A program made the translations under genes and the position numbers. From Polyangia bacterium (GTDB lineage Bacteria; Myxococcota_A; Polyangia; Fen-1088): a stretch of 46,183 bases of DNA. Positions 16,236 through 25,732 of the stretch are shown one piece after another (the stretch's first letter is position 1; the number at the start of each line of letters is the position of its first letter). The stretch covers positions 1 to 46,183 of the forward strand of contig JBDSME010000630.1 in NCBI GenBank assembly GCA_039916065.1, written 5' to 3'. The notes below the pieces were generated by a model, which made no database searches, was not told the origin of the DNA, and was given only the letters and a program-made list of their open reading frames with translations.

Positions 16236-18002
16236 ATGCGGGACGCGTTCATCCATGTCGCGCTATTGCTCTGGACGGCGCTGGTCTGGACGCTGGGTGG
16301 TTTCCGGATCTGCTCGGCCCGCCTGAGGCGGGAAGAGCCGCTGCTGGTGGTGGCGACCTCGGCTGGACTGGGCGCCGGGCTCACCGCCATCCTGCTTACG
16401 GTGGTGGCGGCGCTGCGGCTGCTGACGCCGGCGGTGATCTGGGGAATTCAACTGGGTTGGACGGTGCTCGCGATTTCGGCGGCCCACCGCCTTGCCGCAC
16501 CCCTGCTCCGGACCTGGCGCGCGCACGGCGGCCGCCCGCTCCGCGCCTGGCGGGTGTGCCTGGGAGTTTTGCTGGCGATCACGGCGCTGGCGACACTCCT
16601 CACGACGCTCGCGCCGCCCACCTCGCTGGACGCCACGGTGTATCACCTGCGCATTCCCCGCGAGTTCTTGCGCATGCATCGCCTGGCGCCCATTCGCGAC
16701 GACGTGCGAATGTTCCAGCCGCTTTACGTGCAGATGCTGTTCGCTTCGGCAATGGGGTTGAAGGACGACATTCTGGCGGCGTTGCTTCACTGGTTCCTTG
16801 GTGTGGCCACGGCGCTGGCTACGGGCGCCTGGGCACGACGGCTGGGAGCGCGTTCATCGTTGGCCGCAGTGGCGATCTTCGTACTCAGCCCACTGGTCAT
16901 CTGGGAAGCGACCTCCTGCTTCATCGATTTTGGACTGACACTGGCCACGGCCCTGGGACTGCTGTGGGCCAGTCGCCCCGATCGCGGCACGCCAGCCCTG
17001 GCGCTGGCGACACTCTTCGCGGGCCTGGCTGCGGGTAGCAAGTTTACCGGGTGCGCATCGGCGGCCCTCATCGGGCTGATGGCGGCGCTGGCTCTCTGGC
17101 CGGACCGGCGTGCCGCGCTGATCCGCCTGCTGGTGGTGGGGACCGGCGCTCTGGTGGTGGCGGCACCCTGGTACATCCGCAACGCCATCCTGACCGGTAA
17201 TCCCGTATACCCTCTGGCCAACCCCCTGTTCGGTGGGCCACCGGTGCCACTGTCCAGCTGGCACTATGGATTCGGCCACGACCTGCTACACCTGTTGACT
17301 TCCCCCTTCGATCTGCTTGTGCGCGGCGACGAGTTTGACTCCGGCTGGGCCACGGGGCCGGCCTACCTTGCCCTTATTCCGGTCGCTCTCCTCACCCGCC
17401 GCCGCACCAGGATCCGGCTGGCTGCCGCGGGCGTCATCGCGCTCCACTGGCTGTTCTGGTTCTACTCCAGCCCTCAAACCCGCCTGCTGTTGCCCATCTT
17501 TCCCCTGGCGGCGGCGCTGGCCTCGCTGGGGCTGGAGAAGGCGTTGGCATCCGGTTTCTGGACGCGTTGGGCTGCATACGGGTTGCTGGCGATCAGCTTC
17601 GGAGTGGGACTGGGGACGGCGTTGATCACTGCTCGTGGCTCGGCGCGCATGGCGCTGGGCCTGGAGAGCCGGGACGCCTTCCTGCACCGTATGACCTGGG
17701 ACTACGAGGCGTACCAACAGACGAACCGTCGCCTGAGTTCCAGCGCGCGTCTGGCCGTGTTCGGTGTCAGCAACGTCTACTACCTATCCCCGCCCACCAC
17801 CGTCGTCGACCACGACAATACCGTCAAGCTGCGGGCGAAGGGCTTTTCCCACCTGCTGCGCGTGCGCAACTGCGAGAGCGATGAGTTGCACGCCGGCGAA
17901 GCGGTGATCTGGCACGGCAAGTACATGAATCCCGGCTCGCGCTTCCAGGGGACGTATCCGGACCACCACCTCTGCGCGCAGCTGGTTGACCTGGCACCGT
18001 GA
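16236..18002 (+). CDS. Polytopic membrane protein, GT-C-fold glycosyltransferase-like (PMT/ArnT, GT39/83-like)
   Basis: About 12 hydrophobic segments. First loop PPTSLDATVYHLRIPREF resembles the acidic-residue/aromatic loop of PMT_2-type enzymes. Soluble C-terminal tail of about 100 aa. Confidence 0.55.
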   Translation: MRDAFIHVALLLWTALVWTLGGFRICSARLRREEPLLVVATSAGLGAGLTAILLTVVAALRLLTPAVIWGIQLGWTVLAISAAHRLAAPLLRTWRAHGGRPLRAWRVCLGVLLAITALATLLTTLAPPTSLDATVYHLRIPREFLRMHRLAPIRDDVRMFQPLYVQMLFASAMGLKDDILAALLHWFLGVATALATGAWARRLGARSSLAAVAIFVLSPLVIWEATSCFIDFGLTLATALGLLWASRPDRGTPALALATLFAGLAAGSKFTGCASAALIGLMAALALWPDRRAALIRLLVVGTGALVVAAPWYIRNAILTGNPVYPLANPLFGGPPVPLSSWHYGFGHDLLHLLTSPFDLLVRGDEFDSGWATGPAYLALIPVALLTRRRTRIRLAAAGVIALHWLFWFYSSPQTRLLLPIFPLAAALASLGLEKALASGFWTRWAAYGLLAISFGVGLGTALITARGSARMALGLESRDAFLHRMTWDYEAYQQTNRRLSSSARLAVFGVSNVYYLSPPTTVVDHDNTVKLRAKGFSHLLRVRNCESDELHAGEAVIWHGKYMNPGSRFQGTYPDHHLCAQLVDLAP

Positions 18003-18131
18003 CAGAAAAAATGCACCGGCAGGTATTCCCGGCTTTACGGCCGTGGCGGGTGCCGCCACCGCGTGGTATCAAAACCGCGGGTCCGACCAGGGCGGAGTCC
18101 CTGCGCCGGTCCGTCACCTCCACCGTCCTCG

Positions 18132-19091
18132 ATGCCCGATAGCAACCCACTCGTCTCCATCGTCATTCCGACGTTTGGGCGGCCGGCGCTGCTGAGACAG
18201 TGTGTGGAAGCCGCGCGCGCGCAGCGGTGCCCCTTTCCCTACGAAATCGTGGTCATCGATGATGGAGGGACGCCAGCCGCGGCCGAGACCCTGGCCGACA
18301 TCATCGATCCGCGGTTGACCCTGAAACGGATGGTCAACGGCGGTCCAGCCAAGGCGCGCAACGAAGGGATCCGGCTGGCCCGCGGCACATTCGTCGCCTT
18401 CACCGACGACGACTGCATCCCAGATCCGGACTGGGTGCGGGTCGCAGTGGAAGCGTTCGCCGACGATGTATCGATGGTTCAGGGATCAGTCGCTCCTCCC
18501 CAGCCGGCCAGCCCCCTGACCTACCATTTCATCGAGACCGGAAATCAACCCTGCGATGTCACCGCCAACCTGGTGGGCCGACGTCAGGCCCTGCTGGCCA
18601 TCGGCGGCTTCGACGAGGGGTTCCCTTATGCCGCCGCCGAGGACTACGACCTGTGCTGGCGGTTGGAGCGCGTTGGGAAGAAGCGATTCGCCCCGAATGC
18701 GCGAGTGGTGCACGCGCTGATTCCCATCACCTGGCAGCGCCGCCGATCGCGCGCCAGGGTGATGGCCACCTACTTCCGTTTGTACGGGCTGCACCCCGAC
18801 CGGCTGAAGACCATAGGCCTCCCCGGAACCCGGTGGGCCCGCGCGGCCCTGCTGAACCTCTCTCCACCGCTGTGGATCGGCACGTACGTGGCGCTGGTCC
18901 CGTTTTTGGATTGCCTGCGGAACGCACGGCGGAGCGCCTGGTCGTCGGTGCTGGCCGAACTGGCGGCCACCATGCTGAATCTCATCGAGGCAGTTGGGTT
19001 GATCGGGCGCTACCGGCGCGAGTACAACGCTGCGGTGAGGGACGGGGGCCGCCCCGGACTGCTGCGTGACGGCGCCCCGCAGGTGGCTTGA
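18132..19091 (+). CDS. GT-A glycosyltransferase family 2
   Basis: LVSIVIPTFGRPALLRQCVEA, IVVIDDGGT and AFTDDDCIPDPDW (DXD). ATG 18132 is preferred over GTG 18063. Confidence 0.8.
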   Translation: MPDSNPLVSIVIPTFGRPALLRQCVEAARAQRCPFPYEIVVIDDGGTPAAAETLADIIDPRLTLKRMVNGGPAKARNEGIRLARGTFVAFTDDDCIPDPDWVRVAVEAFADDVSMVQGSVAPPQPASPLTYHFIETGNQPCDVTANLVGRRQALLAIGGFDEGFPYAAAEDYDLCWRLERVGKKRFAPNARVVHALIPITWQRRRSRARVMATYFRLYGLHPDRLKTIGLPGTRWARAALLNLSPPLWIGTYVALVPFLDCLRNARRSAWSSVLAELAATMLNLIEAVGLIGRYRREYNAAVRDGGRPGLLRDGAPQVA

Positions 19092-19116
19092 GCTGCGGCG
19101 CCAGACCCTTCTTCCC

Positions 19117-20232
19117 TCAGGCGGCCGCCTTCTCGCGCGCCACCAGGGCCTGTTGATACATGGACAGGTAGAGCGGAACCAACCGCTCCCAGTGGAACTG
19201 GGCGGCGCGAAGCCGCGCTCGTTCAGACAGCTCTCGCCTCCGTTCAGTTCCGAGATCGCGCAGCGCGGCCGCCCAGGCCTGCGGCTGGTCGGGCGGGAGC
19301 AGCACGCCGGCGTCGCCTACCAGCCAGCGCAGCACGGGTATGTCGGAGACGAGACAGGGCAGGCCAGCATTCATGGCCTCCAGAACCGCGATGCAAAAGC
19401 CTTCGATGTGCGTCGGCAGAACGAAGGCGTCGGCCGCCGCCAGCTCGGCCGGAATCTCCGTCATCGGTACTGTTCCCGTCGAGAAGCGCGCCCCAAGCAA
19501 CCGCCGTCCCAGGTCCTGTAGCTCCGGCGTCTCGTGGTCAGGTTGACCGAGCAGGCGCAGACGCACGTCCGGCAACTGGGCCACCGCCCGAACGGCGGTG
19601 TGAAAACCCTTATGCGAATCGTTCAGCGTTCCCACGCCGATCAGGGAACGCGGTGGCCCGGGCGTGATGGTGTGCGACCCGCTTGCTGAGGGTCTGCGCG
19701 TGCCGTGCGGGACCATGGCCACCCGCCATCCGGGGAATCCCGCGCCGCTCAGGCGGTCCGCATCGATGGGGGTGACGCTCTGGATGACATCTGGACGCAA
19801 CAAGTGCTCGGGTGTCATGGGACCACCGTTGGTAAATACGATGGCGAAGTTCCCCCCCAATCTGTTTCGCAGATGCCACAGGGCGTTCATCAATCCAGGA
19901 TCGTGCAGATGGACGATAGGGTAGCCTCCCAGGCGCGCCATGGCGTAAACGCTGGGCGCAAACGAGCGCTGCTCCAGCAGGTAGGCCCGCGGTCCCGACC
20001 ATCTCAGCACCTGACTGACCGTCCCGAATCTCTGCAAGCAAAACAGCCGCCGTCCGGGCCCGCCACGCCAGACACCGCCGCCGCGCGCCAGGGTGACGTC
20101 GACAGATCCGCGCAGCGCCTGTTCCAGTTCCTCCGATGCCGTCTCGAATCCCCGGGACACGTGTCCCACGCCGCTGCACGCCACCAGAACCCGGATTCTA
20201 GAGGCGACGGCGCGGTCCCGGTCCGCGGTCAT
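19117..20232 (-). CDS. GT-B glycosyltransferase, family 4-like
   Basis: IRVLVACSGVGHVSRGFE...; PTHIEGFCIAVLEAMNAGLPCLVSDIPVLRWLVGD. ATG 20232 overlaps the upstream stop (ATGA). The Arg/Gly-rich extension to 20568 is unlikely to be translated. Confidence 0.8.
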   Translation of the reverse strand: MTADRDRAVASRIRVLVACSGVGHVSRGFETASEELEQALRGSVDVTLARGGGVWRGGPGRRLFCLQRFGTVSQVLRWSGPRAYLLEQRSFAPSVYAMARLGGYPIVHLHDPGLMNALWHLRNRLGGNFAIVFTNGGPMTPEHLLRPDVIQSVTPIDADRLSGAGFPGWRVAMVPHGTRRPSASGSHTITPGPPRSLIGVGTLNDSHKGFHTAVRAVAQLPDVRLRLLGQPDHETPELQDLGRRLLGARFSTGTVPMTEIPAELAAADAFVLPTHIEGFCIAVLEAMNAGLPCLVSDIPVLRWLVGDAGVLLPPDQPQAWAAALRDLGTERRRELSERARLRAAQFHWERLVPLYLSMYQQALVAREKAAA

Positions 20233-20987
20233 CAGCGCACCTTGCGCCAGAGAACCCGACGGGCCAGTTGCTGGTTGCACAGCTCTCGATCTTGGTAACC
20301 GTGCTTCTTCATCCGCTCCGATAGCCATTGGACGGTGTAGGGCGCGGGCTGCCACTGCGGGTGCTCCTCCAGCATCACCACCGGAGCGTAGCGATCCAGA
20401 ATCTGGTCCATCCCCTGCAGCACGAACGCCTCCGCCCCCTCCACGTCGATCTTCACGAACGCCGGCTTGACCATCAACGTCTCGCATAGTTGATCGAGGG
20501 TGATGGTGGGAACGCCGCCCTCCCCGCCTGACGAGAAGCTGGGATGTCCCTCGGGACCCATGGGCCACTCCACCCGAACCGGCTTTCCGTTTCCCACCGG
20601 TACCGGCAGCGTATGCAAGCGGATGGCAGGATACCAGCGGGCCAGCTCCTGCATGTTGCCCAGCAGGTCGGGGAAGGCCCGGCCATCCGGTTCCAACTCG
20701 ACGAAGGAGTCACCGGGACGGGCGCGCGGGGCCAGCAAGAGCGCATACCATCCGTGAAATGCTCCCACATCCAGCAGATCCCCGCCCTCATAAGCTGCGA
20801 GGGCTTGGTTAGACTCGGCCAGTGTGGCCGGGTCGCTATGCCACACGCGAAAGATTTGGGAAGTCCGCCGGCTGCCCGTCACGGCGGTCCCGCCGAGGTG
20901 CTTGATCTGCACTGGATAATGGTCGAGTAAAGTCCGCGCGGCGTTGTTCCGCCGCACGATGTGAGAAAGACGCGCTCTCATGGTCAT
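20232..20987 (-). CDS. FkbM-family SAM-dependent methyltransferase
   Basis: LLDVGAFHGWYALLLA (motif I) and FVKIDVEGAEAFVLQGM, the FkbM signature. ATGA overlap with the upstream GT at 20984-20987. Confidence 0.8.
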   Translation of the reverse strand: MTMRARLSHIVRRNNAARTLLDHYPVQIKHLGGTAVTGSRRTSQIFRVWHSDPATLAESNQALAAYEGGDLLDVGAFHGWYALLLAPRARPGDSFVELEPDGRAFPDLLGNMQELARWYPAIRLHTLPVPVGNGKPVRVEWPMGPEGHPSFSSGGEGGVPTITLDQLCETLMVKPAFVKIDVEGAEAFVLQGMDQILDRYAPVVMLEEHPQWQPAPYTVQWLSERMKKHGYQDRELCNQQLARRVLWRKVR

Positions 20988-22207
20988 GCTCCCCTGAAGG
21001 TAAAAAAGCGCCTCTGCGAGGAGCCGAGCCTTCGTTTGATCGTGGTGAGATAGGTTTCCTCCGCCGAGGCAGCGACAACATCCCAGGACAACCCCTCGGC
21101 CGTCTGTCGGGCCAGACGGCGCAGGGGCTCCTGCGGCTGGCTCAGCAGGTGGGCAATTCCGTTCGCGAATGATTCGGCGTCCGGGGCGGTCGCCACGCCG
21201 GCTCCACTCTCGGCGATGATCCGCCCCACCTCGCCCACACGCGATGTAGCCACCGGCAGCCCTGAAGCGAGATAGTCCCCGACCTTGATGGGAAATCGCG
21301 AGTGATTGAACGCGGTGTCCGCTTGGGGCATGAGCCCCACGTCGGCCGCTTGGAGATGCAGCTTCAGATCCTCATCGGTGATCCATCCCGGCACGCGGAT
21401 GACGTCTGCGAGTCCACGGCGCTGGATGTCTGAACGGACCTCGTCTCCGATGTTTCCAATCATGGTCGCCAGTACGTTGCGGTGGCCGAGGGCCGGCAGC
21501 CGTTCCATCACATCCAGAACCAACTTGGCATCGTAGGTGCCTACTGCCACGTAAGTGAGGATGCGCTGGTTCTGCGGCAGTCCCAGCCGAGAGCGCGCCT
21601 CTTGAGCATCGCCGGGGACAAACTGGTCGATGCGGCAGCCGTTCGGCAGGTAGAAAATGCGGGAGGGATCATAACCATGTTCCAGCGTGCGGCGGCGCAG
21701 ATCCTCGCTTACCACCGTGATGGCGTCGGTCAGACGAGGCGTGTTCGCCTCGAACCAATTGTCAAAACGATCGTTCCATCCTGTGGCGGTCCACCAGGGA
21801 CGACGCGGCCCACGCAGGCCGCCATCTCTCCACAGATCCTCGCGATCGTAGATGGTTACCGTTCGCGGCGAAACCACCGGGGTGGACCAGAGCGGCAATG
21901 CGCTGTTCAGCATGTGGCCGAAGCCGTGGACCACGTCAAAGCGACCTTGACCGATGAAACCGATGCGAAAAAGGACGTCCCAGGGCAGACGAGTGCCGCG
22001 TTCGAAATACTGCCAGCCCCGCAACCGGGGAATCTCCAGGATGCGAACACCCTGGTCCATCTCCGTGGTGAAACGCAGCGAGTTTTTGGGCGACACGTTC
22101 ACCATGGTCACCGAGGCGCCGCGACGAAAGAGGGCCTGACCCAGTGGGACGTAGCGGAACCATCCGCCGATGCGGGCACCGGTGGAACAGAGCATTAGTA
22201 TCTTCAT
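20984..22207 (-). CDS. GT-B glycosyltransferase, family 4-like
   Basis: MKILMLCSTG... N-terminus. C-terminal FPIKVGDYLASGLPVATSRVGEVGRII nucleotide-sugar binding half. Confidence 0.75.
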   Translation of the reverse strand: MKILMLCSTGARIGGWFRYVPLGQALFRRGASVTMVNVSPKNSLRFTTEMDQGVRILEIPRLRGWQYFERGTRLPWDVLFRIGFIGQGRFDVVHGFGHMLNSALPLWSTPVVSPRTVTIYDREDLWRDGGLRGPRRPWWTATGWNDRFDNWFEANTPRLTDAITVVSEDLRRRTLEHGYDPSRIFYLPNGCRIDQFVPGDAQEARSRLGLPQNQRILTYVAVGTYDAKLVLDVMERLPALGHRNVLATMIGNIGDEVRSDIQRRGLADVIRVPGWITDEDLKLHLQAADVGLMPQADTAFNHSRFPIKVGDYLASGLPVATSRVGEVGRIIAESGAGVATAPDAESFANGIAHLLSQPQEPLRRLARQTAEGLSWDVVAASAEETYLTTIKRRLGSSQRRFFTFRGA

Positions 22208-22380
22208 TCGGAGTTCACCTGCGCGGTAGGGCGAACAACCGGAAACCGGGGCAGCCGCACCTCAAGACGATATTTTCGCGGCAGCTTACATGACGGCGAT
22301 CGCGGTCGCCATGTGCCTGCAGCCGATGCGGAGCTCCCTTGACACCGACGCTCCACGAAGGCCAATCTGACGCCGTTACG

Positions 22381-23031
22381 ATGTCCGCCCCCACCAGCGC
22401 CGAATTTCATGTCTGCGAATCGAACCCCTCGGCCGCCGACCTGGAGCGCTCCGTCGAATTCTGGCGGCCACACTTGGGCCGCCGCGTTCTGGACATCGGC
22501 TGCGGAGAAGGTCACCTGGTAGCGGCCCTGTGTCGGGCCGGCTACATGGCCGAGGGGGTCGATTTGACCGCCGAACTGGCCCAGCGCGCCGCGGCCCGAG
22601 GCGTGAAGGTCGCGGTGGGGGACGCCATGGAATACGTCCAACAGCAAGGCAGTCGGTTCGACACCTTCCTGATGCTCGACTTCGTGGAGCACGTCCCCTT
22701 CCAGAATGTCGAGAACATCTTGGGAGCCATACCGCCCGGGGGCCGGTGCATCATCCAGACGCCGAACACCAACTCGATCATCGGCCATCAGTTCTATTTG
22801 CAGGTTCCCGGACACGTTACTCCCCTCTCCCCGGCCGTCTTGGGCAAGATGCTGGCCAGGGCAGGGATGACAACCCTGGCCTCGGGGACGTTGTGGGGAG
22901 GGCTTCCATGGACAGGTCTGCGTCGGCGGGCGACGTTGTTCCTTCTGGAAAAGATCTTGGGGGTGGTCATGCTACCGCTGTTGGTCGAGGGGGCGGGTTA
23001 TTACGTTGTCGCTGAGAAGCGCGTCGGTTGA
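22381..23031 (+). CDS. Class I SAM-dependent methyltransferase
   Basis: VLDIGCGEGHLVAALCRAGY (motif I), GVDL, FDTFLMLDFVEHVP. ATG 22381 is preferred over TTG 22339. Confidence 0.75.
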   Translation: MSAPTSAEFHVCESNPSAADLERSVEFWRPHLGRRVLDIGCGEGHLVAALCRAGYMAEGVDLTAELAQRAAARGVKVAVGDAMEYVQQQGSRFDTFLMLDFVEHVPFQNVENILGAIPPGGRCIIQTPNTNSIIGHQFYLQVPGHVTPLSPAVLGKMLARAGMTTLASGTLWGGLPWTGLRRRATLFLLEKILGVVMLPLLVEGAGYYVVAEKRVG

Positions 23032-23155
23032 ACCTCGCCCGCGTGTGCCGATACCCGGCCGCGGCCACCGGGCGGTCCCGGCCCCCTCCACATTCCATCT
23101 ACTCTCGTCGCACGGCAGTTGCCGACCGGCTGCGAAATGATAAGAGTAGCCACCT

Positions 23156-24349
23156 ATGTCAACGGCGGGTAACGGGCGACGTTTTGCGATGGTATGCCCG
23201 AACTACTATCCGGTTACCTGTGGGGTCGGCGACTATTCGATGCGACTGGCTCGCGAGCTGGTGGAGCGGGGGGCCGAGGTGGCCCTGTTCACCCACAATC
23301 CAGCCGAGCGCAACCCGGAGTGTCCATCCATTGACGTTCACGGCGCCGATGGTCGTACACCGCTCGAGGTGACCTCCGCCCTGCGCGGCGCCCTGCTGGC
23401 GTTCGACCCCTCGGAGGTGGTCATCCAGTACACGCCCCAAATGCTGCGCGCCTCCCGCTTCGGCAGTCCCGCCATCCCGGCGTTGATGGCGGAACTGCGA
23501 ACGCGCGCCCGCGTCACCGTTATCTTTCACGAGCTATATAGCCCCTGGTCGTGGCGGCCCGATTTGGCAGTGGGAGGAGCGCTCCAGCGCCTGCAGTTCG
23601 GGGCTGTCCTGGGGGCGTCCGATAGACTCTTCGTCACCACGGCGCCGCGTCAGCGCCGGTTGGAGGAGATGTTGCGGCGCGCGGGCCGCGACAGCACGGT
23701 GCAGCTGATGTTTGTAGGCGCCAACGCCCCTCCTGTCCCGAATCGGGCGCGCCCTGGACTACGACGGCTGGGGATTTTTTCCATGCTGGGGCGCACGCGT
23801 CGCTTCGACCTGATGGTGGACGCGTTCGCACTGGTTCACCAACGCTACCCCGACTCGGAGCTGGTGCTGATCGGCGACATGGGGACGGATGCCAGCTCAC
23901 GTTATCGGGCGCTGAAGGCCCACATCAGCCGCAGTCCGGTGGCCAGACAGATTCGTCTGACGGGCGCCCTGCCCTTGTGGCGCGTCGCAGAGGAGGTGGC
24001 CGCCCTGGACCTCTATTTATTGCCGGACGAGACCGGTGCCAGCACCCGCAGCAGCACCCTGCCTGTGGCTCTGGGCTCCGGGGTCCCGGTGGTGGCGACC
24101 TGCGGCCCCGAAACTGCCGGCGATTTTTTCGTCGATGGGGAGAACATTGCCTACGCGTCCAGCATGACGGCTCCCGCCTTGGCCGCCGCAGCCCTGAAGG
24201 TCCTGGATGATCCAGCGTGGGCAGCCAAGTTGGGCGCTGGTGGTCGCCGCCTTTACGACCGCCACCTCTCGTGGGACGCCATCGCCGATCACCTGCTGCC
24301 GCGCCGGACGCTCGAACGTTCGGTTGCGGGCATGGGGATTTCGGCCTAA
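23156..24349 (+). CDS. GT-B glycosyltransferase, family 4-like
   Basis: FAMVCPNYYPVTCGVGDYSMRLARELVERGAEV...; STLPVALGSGVPVVAT. Confidence 0.75.
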   Translation: MSTAGNGRRFAMVCPNYYPVTCGVGDYSMRLARELVERGAEVALFTHNPAERNPECPSIDVHGADGRTPLEVTSALRGALLAFDPSEVVIQYTPQMLRASRFGSPAIPALMAELRTRARVTVIFHELYSPWSWRPDLAVGGALQRLQFGAVLGASDRLFVTTAPRQRRLEEMLRRAGRDSTVQLMFVGANAPPVPNRARPGLRRLGIFSMLGRTRRFDLMVDAFALVHQRYPDSELVLIGDMGTDASSRYRALKAHISRSPVARQIRLTGALPLWRVAEEVAALDLYLLPDETGASTRSSTLPVALGSGVPVVATCGPETAGDFFVDGENIAYASSMTAPALAAAALKVLDDPAWAAKLGAGGRRLYDRHLSWDAIADHLLPRRTLERSVAGMGISA

Positions 24350-24370
24350 TACTCGCACCGCCACCTAGTG

Positions 24371-25729
24371 ATGTACGCAGACGCAACACAGCCCCGGATC
24401 CTTTCGGCCCACCAGCGAAAGAACATCGCCGCCAAGCCGTTCTTTTCGCGGGGCGTGATCTGGATGACGGTCTTGTTAGCGGCCATCTGCTTCGAGGGCC
24501 TGGGGCGGACCATTCTGCTCCAGGTTCCCTCGCTGGTTTTCTACTTGGCGAAAGACGTGGTGTTGCTGGCCGCGTTTGTTTTTATCGGCGTCAAGCCAGA
24601 CGTGGTGGCGCTGGTCAAGTCCCTGTACGGGAAGTTCTCGGTGTTCCTGGGGTTGTCGGTAATCTGGACGGTGCTTCAGGTGTTCAACCCCGAACAGCCG
24701 TCCTTCCTGCTCGGGGCCCTGGGATTGCGCTCTTACTGGGTGTGGTGGCTGGCGCCCGTTCTGATCGCATCCGCGCTGCGCGGTAGTGACCAACGGAACC
24801 GCGCCGCTGTCGTGCTGGGGGCGTTCGCCATTTTCATCGCACTTTACGCGACTCTGCAGTTCGCCGCGCCGCCCGAGGCAGAGATCAACTCGTACGCGCT
24901 GTACGACGGTGAGGCGATCATGAAGACAGCCTACGTCTTCGCGACCGGGCGAACTCGCGTGTCCGGCACCTTTAGCTATCTCAGCGGCTTCGCCGATTTC
25001 GCGGTAGCGGCGCCGGTCATGCTGCTGTCCGTCGGTCTCGACGCGAAGCTTCACACGCGTGTCATCACCATCGCAGGCGCAGTCCTCCTGGCCAGCACCG
25101 TGGCCATGGCCGGCTCGCGCAACGGCATCATCTTGTGCTCGGTTGGGTTAGTCGTCCTCCTCTTCCGTTCGGGATTTATCCGCAGTCGGACCGGCTGGTG
25201 GACTCTGGTCGCAATTGCGCTGGCCGCTGCCTTTTCTTTTTACCGCGCCGAGGAGGCGGTCGAAGGGATGGTTGGACGATTCGAGGGCGATGACACCTCA
25301 GACCGCATCGAACGTGAGCTTCGCATCCTGCCTCCCCTGGCGCTTGCGCGATCGCCGTATCCGCTGTTCGGTCTGGGGACGGGGATGCAGCAGAATGCCC
25401 GGTTCCAGTTCGGAGTGCCCACCATGTACGGACTGGAAGAAGAGCCTCCGCGGCTGCTCGTGGAACTGGGCGCTATTGGATTTCTCCTGTTCTGGACGGC
25501 GCGGCTGGGGATACTGATCGGCCTGGTACGGGCTTCGCGGATCTTGAAACGTGCCGGAAAAATGGGGGCATCCGGCGGGGCGACGGCGCTGGCCGTATTG
25601 ACCATGTTCAATCGAATTGTCTTCGATCACGTCTGGCAGTCTCTGTTTTTTACTGCGCTCGGCATCACGTTGAGCGCGACCCTGGATGCCACACAACAAC
25701 TGAAGAAGACCGCTGCGAAAGCGGCATAG
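24371..25729 (+). CDS. O-antigen polymerase/ligase family membrane protein (Wzy_C domain)
   Basis: About 10-12 TM segments. Central VAMAGSRNGIILCSVGLVVLLF motif followed by a large loop is typical of Wzy/WaaL-type proteins. Confidence 0.7.
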   Translation: MYADATQPRILSAHQRKNIAAKPFFSRGVIWMTVLLAAICFEGLGRTILLQVPSLVFYLAKDVVLLAAFVFIGVKPDVVALVKSLYGKFSVFLGLSVIWTVLQVFNPEQPSFLLGALGLRSYWVWWLAPVLIASALRGSDQRNRAAVVLGAFAIFIALYATLQFAAPPEAEINSYALYDGEAIMKTAYVFATGRTRVSGTFSYLSGFADFAVAAPVMLLSVGLDAKLHTRVITIAGAVLLASTVAMAGSRNGIILCSVGLVVLLFRSGFIRSRTGWWTLVAIALAAAFSFYRAEEAVEGMVGRFEGDDTSDRIERELRILPPLALARSPYPLFGLGTGMQQNARFQFGVPTMYGLEEEPPRLLVELGAIGFLLFWTARLGILIGLVRASRILKRAGKMGASGGATALAVLTMFNRIVFDHVWQSLFFTALGITLSATLDATQQLKKTAAKAA

Positions 25730-25732
25730 TCA

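Noticed and set aside
22339-22368. A perfect TTGACA -35 hexamer upstream of the 22381 methyltransferase, considered as a promoter.
   Set aside because: No acceptable -10 lies at 16-18 nt; the best candidate is CAATCT. The hexamer also coincides with the alternative TTG start of the ORF. The evidence is too weak to call.
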